This document shows, in pieces, positions 23,732 through 32,194 of a DNA stretch of 64,000 nt. A program made the translations under genes and the position numbers. The notes beneath the pieces are model-generated. The model worked only from the letters and a program-made list of their open reading frames with translations. It ran no database searches and was not told where the DNA came from. The stretch comes from Psilocybe cubensis (taxonomy: Eukaryota). The stretch covers positions 2,542,001 through 2,606,000 of the forward strand of contig CM039003.1 in NCBI GenBank assembly GCA_017499595.2, written 5' to 3'. How positions within the stretch are numbered: the first letter of the stretch is position 1; every line of letters begins with the position of its first letter.

Positions 23732-26700
23732 TCAGCCAACTGTCCTAGGACGCCCTCGACGACGTCCTTGCAACACCCCTTCCACAGCCCCTCCCTCTGT
23801 GTTCACCCGTCGTGAGACTCCCTGTTTGCGCGAAATCTTGACCTTACCCCTCGTAGCTTCCTCCCGACGAAACTTTGCCACCAATCTGCGTGCATTTTGC
23901 ATGCCGTACTCTGGAATCCACTCGTTTTCGCTCTCGTCAAACCCAAGCCACTTCACCAAAAACTCCACAACACCACCCCTCGTCCGCCGCTCCCTCAGTA
24001 TGCGCTCAATTTCACGCTCTTCGCCGCCGGGCATTAACACAGGCGGCGGCGGCAACTGTCGTCTGCCCAGAATGGTGTCCGTACGAGCTGGGATCAAGCA
24101 CGAGACATGGAAAACATCGTGAATGGCCCAACCAGCAGGCAACTCCAATCGATATGCAGAATCGGAGACTTTCTGTGCAATACGGAAAGGCCCAAAACGA
24201 CGAAAATCCAATTTATTGTTAGGGCGCGATGAGCGCAGGTCAGAGCGTTCCAAGAAGACACGATCACCAGGGATGTAGTCGGGTGCCTCATCCACCCAAT
24301 CATCGTGAAATTTCTTCATCCTCTCCGCGGTGAGTGTCAGAATTGCCTGCAGCTCGCCCTGCACCCTGTGGATGCGCTCCAGCCTCTCGTCGGCGCGTGG
24401 AACTGATTGCGAATTCACAGGATCCACGGAAAACGATGGGTTATAGCCGTATTCAGCAAAAAATGGGGACATCCCTATTGCTGTATGGTGTCTGTTGTTG
24501 TAGGCAAACTCTGCAAAGGGAAGCCACTGCACCCAGTCGTCCTGGTAGTAGTCGACGTACGCGCGCAGGTAAATTTCCAATTCCTGATTAACCCTCTCTG
24601 TCTGACCATCGGTTTGTGGGTGATTAGCGGATGACATCGCGCGCTTAATACCCAAACGTTCCCACAAACGTTTTGTGTATTTCGCAATAAATTGTGGCCC
24701 CATGTCCGACACAATCTTCTTGGGAGTCCCATGCAAAGACCATACCCGGTCTATGAAGGTGTCACACATTTCTACTGCACCATCGGTGGTGTGTGCCGGA
24801 AGGAAGTGGGCACGCTTTGTTGACTTGTCACAGACCACCTGAACCGCGTCGTATCCCTGCGATGGTGGCAGCGGCCCAATGTAATCGGTGGAAATGTGCT
24901 GCCAAGGACCTGCAGGCACCTCAAGGGGTTGTAGCTTTCCATAGGGTTTCTGTCGACGGGGCTTGGTGCGTTGGCAAGTATCACATCCATCAACATACCG
25001 AGCAACAAATTCTGACATCCTTGGCCAATAGTAGTTCCGTGACACCAGCTCCAGCGTGTTTGAGATACCAGGGTGGCCTGCCGGGATCGCATCGTGATAC
25101 AGCTGCAAAATCCAACGCTTCAATTCCTCGTCATTGGGCACATACACCAGCCCACGAAACCGCACCACGCCATCATCCACCACAAAGTCCTTCAGCCGAC
25201 GTTGAACAAGGCCGGGAGCGTTAGGTAAATCCCACATGAGATCCAACTTGGGGTCCTTACGAGACACTGTACGTATCCTGTCCATAATCTCCTTGTCGGC
25301 ACGTATAACTTGCCCCACCCTAGCCACCACCTTGGACATACCACAACAACGCAGCTCCAGCACCACACCTCGCTTTCCCAACACCGTACCACCACCACCA
25401 TCATTGGAATCCTGCCCCAGCCTCTCTGCTGGCAAGATCTCCATAGCAGCATTGTCACGGGCCATCCCGTGGATGTGGTCAGCACGACGAGACAACTCGT
25501 CTGGACCTGCACTCAAACGGCCAGGCCGGTGGTGGATCTTGAAGACAAAACGGTTCAAAAAAAGGCTCCACCGCGCCTGTCTGCGATTCAAATCACGAGC
25601 TGTCATGAAGAACTCCAGGTTGCGATGATCAGAAAATATATCAATACAGAAGGGGTTGCCCTCCAGGTATGGTCGCCAGACTTCAAGAGCACGCACAACA
25701 GCTAACAACTCCTTGTCGTGAACATCATAGTTGCGCTCTGCGGGTTGCATAGCCTTTGAAAAGTAAGCCACGGGGCGCCAATCACCAGCTGCATCCTTCT
25801 GCGACAGGATGGCTCCTACAGCAAAATCTGATGCATCCGTCTCAACATGGAATGGCGCCTCCATTTCCGGCAGCATCAATACTGGTGCTTGTATAAATGC
25901 TTGCTTCAACTGTGCAAACGCCGCTTGCTCCACATCACCCCACCTCCAAGCCATGTCTTTCCGCTTCAAATTCTCCAGTGGGCGGGTAATGTTGGCATAG
26001 TCTGCAATAAAGCGGCGATAGAAGTTACAGAAGCCAAGGAAGCGACTAACATGCCGAACATTGCGTGGCACTGGCCAATCCGTTACCCCGCTGACCTTGA
26101 CTGGGTCCATGCCAACACAACCAGGTGAGATACGAAATCCCAAATAATCCACTTCTGTCGTGCGGAACTGACACTTCTCTGGTTTCAGAAACAGATCTGC
26201 TTTCCGAAGGCGACGCAAGACTTCCTTAACCTGTTCGTCGTGTTTTGAAGGGTCTTGAGAGAAGATAATAATGTCGTCCAGGTAGAGTACCACATTAATG
26301 TCGACAAGGTCATGGAATAGATCATTAACCATGCGCTGAAAGGCAGCCGGAGCATTGCGAAGACCAAACTGCATAACCAAAAATTCAAATTGGCCATAAC
26401 GGGTCCGGAAAGAAGTCTTCCATTCATCACCTTCCCGTATGCGCACATTGTAGTAACCCCATCGCATGTCTAAGGTAGTGAAAACCTTTGCTGCCTTGAG
26501 ACGGTCTAGGAGTTCAGCGGAGAGAGGAATTGGGTATGCATCGGGCCGCGTGATGGCATTGAGTGCACGAAAATCCACCACAAGACGGAGAGATCCGTCC
26601 TTCTTTTTGACAAAGAAAACAGGAGCTCCACACGGGGCCTTGGAGGGCCGTATATAACCCTTCTTGAGGTTGTCATCAATGAATTCCTTCAGTGCCCGAA

Positions 26701-27997
26701 GCTCTGCTGCTGACATCTGGTATAGCTTGCCAACAGGAGGTGGCACATTGCCCTCTAACTCAATCGCCAAATCATGGGGCTTATGGGCCGGAAGCCGTTC
26801 GGACCGACCCTTATCAAAGACATCCAAAAATTCGTGAAACTCTGCAGGCACTAAATCTTCAACTGAGCCAGTAGCTTTTGCAGGAGTTGCAGCCTCTGCC
26901 AGGCGCTGTGATACTGAATGACTGGCGGCAGCACGAATACCTGGCCCCTGGCATCCACGGTGTGATTCTCCATCCCAGCACTGTTCCAAGGACACACCCT
27001 CAACCACCCCACCTGCCTCTTCTTGTTGCACTGCATGCTCCAAAGCTTTTGCAATCTCTGCATGTGCAACACGAAGTGCATCTGCCTGTAGGTCACGTGT
27101 CATCTGTGTCCAACTTGCACGCGAACATTTTAAAAAGTGCAGAGATTCCCTCCGAATGCGAAGTCGGCCCGTAGCGCCACATGTGTTGGTTTGGCGGCAC
27201 TGGCTATGCGTGTGAGGTGTCTTACGGCCTGGTTTTTGCCGGACTGGATGTAACAGCTTCAACCTCTCCACATCATCAGCCTCAACTTCCAACCCAGTAC
27301 GTCTCGCCTCCCGTGCGTGCTGGCGTGCACGGCGGCGTTGCCTTTCTAGCAGTCGCTTACGCAGCCTTCCAGGTGAAGGTGAAGCAGCTGCAGCAGTTAT
27401 GGCCTCCGGCAAAGGTAAGCACCTCTGCCTGCAGTATTCCGAAGTAAAATCCAAGGTAGAGCGGTCAAAATCTACCACCGGATTGTGTCGCCGTAGCCAG
27501 TTAATCCCAAATATAAGGTTGTCATCCCCAATATCAGTAACATCGCATACTAGCAATTCCGAATGTGAGTCGATGAAAACCTTGAGGTGGACTTCATGAG
27601 TGATAAGACCCGACTTGATTTCAGAGTTGTCAATTGTGCGCAAACGGAGGCTCCTCTTCTTTGGGATTGAAATTAGGCCATGTTGCTCCACAAAACGTGG
27701 ATTAATGAAACAGCAGCTAGCGCCCGAATCTAGCATTGCCCTAGTATCAATAATGGTAGGCACATTGGGTGTCGCGGTTTTGTGTACATGAATAGTAATT
27801 GGAATTTCAAAGGAAGAAAACTGTGATCGAGGAGAACGAGCATGAATCACAGCTGCACGGCGGGTCCGACAACGACGGCGGCGAGGCACAGTCTGATTTG
27901 GACCAGTCAAAACCAATTTATTTGGAGGCGTAAGTACAGAAAACCTGTTCTGGGTTGCACTTGCAGCGACAAGGCAAGGCAACCCTACACAAAACCC
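23732..27997 (-). CDS. pol: Pol polyprotein (protease, RT, RNase H, integrase, chromodomain), in the -1 frame relative to gag
   Basis: AMLDSGA (protease), YLDD (RT), TDASDFAVGAIL (RNase H), H-H-C-C zinc finger and D,D,E core, FGPF, C-terminal FLVKWLGFDESENEW chromodomain; >1400 codons without a stop. Confidence 0.96.
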   Translation of the reverse strand, partial: GFCVGLPCLVAASATQNRFSVLTPPNKLVLTGPNQTVPRRRRCRTRRAAVIHARSPRSQFSSFEIPITIHVHKTATPNVPTIIDTRAMLDSGASCCFINPRFVEQHGLISIPKKRSLRLRTIDNSEIKSGLITHEVHLKVFIDSHSELLVCDVTDIGDDNLIFGINWLRRHNPVVDFDRSTLDFTSEYCRQRCLPLPEAITAAAASPSPGRLRKRLLERQRRRARQHAREARRTGLEVEADDVERLKLLHPVRQKPGRKTPHTHSQCRQTNTCGATGRLRIRRESLHFLKCSRASWTQMTRDLQADALRVAHAEIAKALEHAVQQEEAGGVVEGVSLEQCWDGESHRGCQGPGIRAAASHSVSQRLAEAATPAKATGSVEDLVPAEFHEFLDVFDKGRSERLPAHKPHDLAIELEGNVPPPVGKLYQMSAAELRALKEFIDDNLKKGYIRPSKAPCGAPVFFVKKKDGSLRLVVDFRALNAITRPDAYPIPLSAELLDRLKAAKVFTTLDMRWGYYNVRIREGDEWKTSFRTRYGQFEFLVMQFGLRNAPAAFQRMVNDLFHDLVDINVVLYLDDIIIFSQDPSKHDEQVKEVLRRLRKADLFLKPEKCQFRTTEVDYLGFRISPGCVGMDPVKVSGVTDWPVPRNVRHVSRFLGFCNFYRRFIADYANITRPLENLKRKDMAWRWGDVEQAAFAQLKQAFIQAPVLMLPEMEAPFHVETDASDFAVGAILSQKDAAGDWRPVAYFSKAMQPAERNYDVHDKELLAVVRALEVWRPYLEGNPFCIDIFSDHRNLEFFMTARDLNRRQARWSLFLNRFVFKIHHRPGRLSAGPDELSRRADHIHGMARDNAAMEILPAERLGQDSNDGGGGTVLGKRGVVLELRCCGMSKVVARVGQVIRADKEIMDRIRTVSRKDPKLDLMWDLPNAPGLVQRRLKDFVVDDGVVRFRGLVYVPNDEELKRWILQLYHDAIPAGHPGISNTLELVSRNYYWPRMSEFVARYVDGCDTCQRTKPRRQKPYGKLQPLEVPAGPWQHISTDYIGPLPPSQGYDAVQVVCDKSTKRAHFLPAHTTDGAVEMCDTFIDRVWSLHGTPKKIVSDMGPQFIAKYTKRLWERLGIKRAMSSANHPQTDGQTERVNQELEIYLRAYVDYYQDDWVQWLPFAEFAYNNRHHTAIGMSPFFAEYGYNPSFSVDPVNSQSVPRADERLERIHRVQGELQAILTLTAERMKKFHDDWVDEAPDYIPGDRVFLERSDLRSSRPNNKLDFRRFGPFRIAQKVSDSAYRLELPAGWAIHDVFHVSCLIPARTDTILGRRQLPPPPVLMPGGEEREIERILRERRTRGGVVEFLVKWLGFDESENEWIPEYGMQNARRLVAKFRREEATRGKVKISRKQGVSRRVNTEGGAVEGVLQGRRRGRPRTVG
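27952..27997 (-). promoter_or_regulatory. -1 programmed ribosomal frameshift signal
   Basis: Slippery heptamer G GGT TTT in the gag frame (27997-27991), 5-nt spacer, then hairpin GGGTTGC-CTTGC...GCAAG-T-GCAACCC. Confidence 0.85.
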
Positions 27998-29139
27998 GGC
28001 TCGGGGGCTGCAGGTTCCGCTATGGGTGGCTCGGAGGAAACTGTTCCCAATCCATGTGCTTCAAGCACCTTTGTGACCTCCTCTAAAAGCCCTGCCCGCA
28101 GCCGAGCAACAGTAGATGGACAGTTGGCACGAACATGACCACTCTCTCCACATCGATAGCATTTCCGAGGTAAGTGCCGGGCCGCATCAACATCCATAGC
28201 ATTAGGATCACGTGGAGCAGGAGGAAGGGATGCCTGAGCAGGGCGGGGTTGAACAGCATGAGTTCCTGAAGGTAAAGCTGACCGTGCAATAGCAGGTGTA
28301 GGCACTGCAGGACTGCGGTGTGGGTGAGGAGCGTGACGTCGTAGTTCTGCTGCAATGTCTGCATGTCGTGTTTCGCGACGCAAAAGAATTGCCTGGGCTT
28401 CCTCTGCCCCCTTGAAGTCTGAGTGAGCCAGAAGCTGCTTGGTTTGTAAAGACAAACCAGCCCAGAAACACGCATCCACAAATGTCCCAGTCCTATCTGC
28501 TACTGGCAACCGAGCAACCAACTCGCGGAACTCAGTAATGTACTGGGTATCGGATTTCTGGCCCTGCTTGAAGCCCAAGAGGCGCTGTGTAGCATCGCGT
28601 GCCGAGTCACGAGAGCAGAATGTGGCCTTGAATGCTGCCAGATATGCATCCCAATTTTCACGGAGTTCGGAATTTCCACCCTCTGCGTCGCCGAGTGTAA
28701 TGACTGCCGACCACGAGTATGCCTGCCCAGATAGATAAGACTGCGCCCATAGAATACACTGCGCATCATTGGAAAACTCCTCAAAGTGGCGGTTAACCGA
28801 TATCTGCTGAACCCACTCCTCCGCTTTCTGTTTGCTTGTCCCATCAAACACCGTGGCAGGATTAACTTTCGGCATCCGAGAGGGACGAGCACGAGCGGCG
28901 CTCACGGCATCAAGTCGTTGCTCGGTTGCCGCCAACGCAGCGCGGAGTTCCTGGTTCTGCACCTCTAGACGAGAAAAACCCTCTGCCGCCTCCTCCAGGC
29001 CTCGCTCCAACTCGGACAACCTGGGTGCAAGCAACACCTCCAAGGCCGTATAAACCTCCTGCGCAATAGGATTGGTGATCGTGGGGGGTGGCGGCGGATG
29101 CTCGCCCTCTCCTATCGTAGTGGAATTCCCATCCGGCAT
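27985..29139 (-). CDS. gag: Gag protein
   Basis: First ATG after the 5' LTR is at 29139; coiled coil, retrotransposon capsid region (FDG...LSGQAYSW...FKQG), CCHC knuckle CYRCGESGHVRANC. Confidence 0.93.
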   Translation of the reverse strand: MPDGNSTTIGEGEHPPPPPTITNPIAQEVYTALEVLLAPRLSELERGLEEAAEGFSRLEVQNQELRAALAATEQRLDAVSAARARPSRMPKVNPATVFDGTSKQKAEEWVQQISVNRHFEEFSNDAQCILWAQSYLSGQAYSWSAVITLGDAEGGNSELRENWDAYLAAFKATFCSRDSARDATQRLLGFKQGQKSDTQYITEFRELVARLPVADRTGTFVDACFWAGLSLQTKQLLAHSDFKGAEEAQAILLRRETRHADIAAELRRHAPHPHRSPAVPTPAIARSALPSGTHAVQPRPAQASLPPAPRDPNAMDVDAARHLPRKCYRCGESGHVRANCPSTVARLRAGLLEEVTKVLEAHGLGTVSSEPPIAEPAAPEPGFV

Positions 29140-29214
29140 GCTGGAAAGAAGCCCCAAAGGCGCAAATGCCGAAAAAAAAAATTTCTCCGGAAGGAAACGG
29201 GTTGAACGTATAAG

Positions 29215-29225
29215 AGCTTTGACCA
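29215..29225 (-). promoter_or_regulatory. Primer binding site (TGGTCAAAGCT), complementary to a sequence inside the LTR
   Basis: Begins 2 nt after the 5' LTR end; exact reverse complement of LTR positions 29343-29333. Confidence 0.8.
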
Positions 29226-29227
29226 AG

Positions 29228-29410
29228 TGTAAGGTTCTCACTGTGGTCTGCAATGCAGCACGAAAGGTAACCTAATAACGAAGTTATATAAAGAATGGAG
29301 TATGTACCAGTAGTACATACCTAATAACGAAGTGGTCAAAGCTAAAGGATATACTGTATCTACGAAGGAGGATAACAGCGCGGGATCACGTGTGTGGTCA
29401 TATCATGACA
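29228..29410 (-). repeat. 5' LTR (183 bp)
   Basis: Direct repeat of 23395-23577. Confidence 0.97.
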
Positions 29411-29914
29411 CGTAAGGAGGCATCCACGCCACCCCCGTTATTGGTTTTTTGTTTTCGAGGCTCCAGTGCAATTGCATTGACTCTCTGGTAGAACAGCCGT
29501 CAATTTTTCTTTAGACCTGATGTAGATTAATGATCCGGATTAGATTCCCAATAATGATGTATCATCAGCCACAAACGCTACGCAGTCTTATTTATTTGAC
29601 ACACAGGTTATAAGCAAAGAAAACCCTTATATTGATCCAATGAAATACAGAAGGGAAAATGGAGATATCGAGCTATGTACTATACCTTTGAATATACAAC
29701 ATGTGAGAAGAATGGTGTTACATTTAAATGTTGATGTAGAGACGATACGAGAAATGCAAGAAAGAGAAAAAAGATAAAAAAAAGAGAAGGAAATAAGGGG
29801 CATATGTGTCGTTAAACATGAACCGTGGTTTCGCTCGTCAATGGAATATGTCGCAAGGATGAATGTCTTCCGACAAAGTAGTATATGTCAGGGGTAGGGG
29901 TGGGGGAGGGTACT

Positions 29915-31093
29915 TCATTCTTCTTTCGCAGCGTTGAGAGACGGCTTGGAGGGAGAAGGAGAGGTGGGAAGAACGGAAGATGAGCGAGGACCGAATAGGT
30001 CCTCATCATCATTGACGAGAGGCGTCATCTTTCGTCGTTTCGGGCTTTCTTTCTTAGGTGTGCACGGGGTGGTATAGTGAGGGCGCAAATTGTCCTTGTC
30101 GTTTTCCTCTTCAGCTGCAGAGGGCACTGGAACGTCATCATCATGATCATCATCATCGAACTGCAAAGAACGCTTCAAGCGACGAACAGGTCGCGGGGAG
30201 GATGTGTCGGCGACTGGAAGCAACAACGCGTCGTCTTCATCTTCGAAATCGTGGTCAGAGGTCCTAGCGGCCTCCTTGAGCTGGGCTTGAAGCTTCATTT
30301 GCAAGGATTTAAATCCAAAAGGATCAGAGTCTGATCCAATTTTGTCAGCCTTGGCGTCGTTGTTGTCCTCTTGCCACAGGTCGTCGAGTTCTTCGGGGAT
30401 CGCAGCGGCCGACGAAGAGGGGCCACGAACAGTGACGTCAAAAATATTTGACGCTGATGTCATGCGACGGAAAGTCGAGGCGGATATAACAAACTCATGG
30501 TCAGATGGCGGCGAGGACGGGGGAAGAGGCGAAGACACGGCAAATTTGGGGGATGCGGGGAGGGGGATGGCGGTTGGTTCGGGCGGTGGCATTTTGAGTA
30601 CGACAACATTCGTCGCTTCTTTAGCTTCTGGATCAGCGGTTTCAGTCTCGTTGGCGTCGTCAGAAGGTGGCGGAGCGTCCTCGCCGCGGTTAGCGGCTTC
30701 AGGCGCCGGCAAGAATTGGGACGTGATGTCCTGCAGAGGCATCTTGTTCCGCAGGACCAACGCAGGTGGAGGAGCACCCTTGCCCTTCGAGGCGGTTTTC
30801 AGCTTTGGCATGAGCGCATTCTCGCTTTTGGTAGGAGCTTTCTTCGCTGTGGCTTGTCCAGATCCGAGGACGGTGGCGTTGTTGGTCGAGCCTATTGGGC
30901 GGATGCCCGCTCGGATGTGTAGTCTAGTCAAACGAGCTTGACGGCCTATGTTCTCCTTATCATCGCCTTGGATGTTGTTCTCGTTCTGTGTGCGCCTACG
31001 TGTGCGGGCGTTCGAGTTGGATGTAGACGCGCCTTTAGCTGCGTCGTTTTGCGAACCTGCGCGGGGTGCGGTCCTTGTTCTGAGGTTTGGCAT
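29915..31093 (-). CDS. Disordered protein with KEN box and FGF motif; function uncertain, 3' end uncertain
   Basis: 392-aa ATG-initiated ORF containing DKEN, LRNKMPLQDIT, DSDPFGF and several S/T-P-x-K motifs. Confidence 0.65.
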   Translation of the reverse strand: MPNLRTRTAPRAGSQNDAAKGASTSNSNARTRRRTQNENNIQGDDKENIGRQARLTRLHIRAGIRPIGSTNNATVLGSGQATAKKAPTKSENALMPKLKTASKGKGAPPPALVLRNKMPLQDITSQFLPAPEAANRGEDAPPPSDDANETETADPEAKEATNVVVLKMPPPEPTAIPLPASPKFAVSSPLPPSSPPSDHEFVISASTFRRMTSASNIFDVTVRGPSSSAAAIPEELDDLWQEDNNDAKADKIGSDSDPFGFKSLQMKLQAQLKEAARTSDHDFEDEDDALLLPVADTSSPRPVRRLKRSLQFDDDDHDDDVPVPSAAEEENDKDNLRPHYTTPCTPKKESPKRRKMTPLVNDDEDLFGPRSSSVLPTSPSPSKPSLNAAKEE

Positions 31094-32194
31094 GATCTCA
31101 GAGGCTGGAGGTTGATGGATAGTGGTTTCCTGGTAAAAAAAGGTTTGGCGGGGAGAAATCGGGGTCGATAAAGATGGTTTATGTCCTGTTTGAAAACTTT
31201 GGTTTGTGGTTCAGGGGTTTGTTGAATAGCTTCAAGGGAGCGAAGACGTTACATACCGAAAGATTCAACGTTACCTGCTTCAAATATCCAAAAGTTAAAA
31301 GAGATCCAAGCCCGATTCTGGCTCGTAGAGGTTGTGAGATGGCGGAAGATGGGTGTAGAGAAGAACCAAGCGACGGTGAACTGTGGCCAACGCGATTTTT
31401 CAACCAAGGCGCGTACCATCACGTGCCTCATTTAAGCGCGTTGATCAAATGATGTCATCAACGTGACATTACTGGCCCCGTAGGCTTGGCTGAGGCCTGG
31501 TCTTTCTACAACCTGCGCTCACCGTTGCCAAAATCCTTGAGACAATGAACCTGTCATCTCCTTGGCCGATGGAATGGCATAATATCTTTGTCATGACGGA
31601 AGAAATGGAAAAGCAATACAATTTCCAAGGCAAGTATCGTATATATCGCTACGCTGGCAGCAATCTGGCAGTTTGGCCCATATTTGTTGTCCTAGGACAG
31701 TAGGCCTGACTCCAATGAATTGACGTTTCCTCCAGTCCCTACCACCAGCCTTTGAATGGGCTCTCTTTGTCTTACACTTTGCGTTGGTGGTTGAGTAGGG
31801 CGTTTGAATTCCGAGTTCCCTGGTCCCATGACATCAACCTCGAGGATGTCTCTTCAGTTTCTATAACACGCGACAGAAGGCAGACATATATAGGTTCCAC
31901 TATGTATGTCGTCAAAATAACTCCAACGTGGGCAAAACCCAAGAATGATGTATTGTTGATACATCATGTACCAAAGACATTCATCTGCCGAGGTATGCTC
32001 TGGTCTCTCTCGCTGCGGCTCAACCCACGGATAATTCTATTTCTCAGTGCAGATGCCCCCTTACTTTTCACATACATTTATAAATACCATGCATCTGGTC
32101 TCCCTCGGTTTCTTCTCTCTTGTTTCTCTCTTCTCTGTCACTCTGCTTTAGGTTTCGCGTTCTTCCCCCCTTTCCCCAGTTACTCTCTGCCACA

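Larger units (their letters stand above)
23395..29410 (-). mobile_element. Full-length Ty3/gypsy LTR retrotransposon (chromovirus), apparently intact
   Basis: Two 183-bp TG...CA LTRs, 5-bp TSD CGTAA (23390-23394 and 29411-29415), uninterrupted gag and pol in PR-RT-RH-IN-chromodomain order, PPT and PBS-position sequence present. Confidence 0.98.

Noticed and set aside
29140-29253. N-terminal extension of gag in the ORF track
   Set aside because: Starts at a non-ATG codon inside the LTR and crosses the PBS; the first ATG is at 29139.
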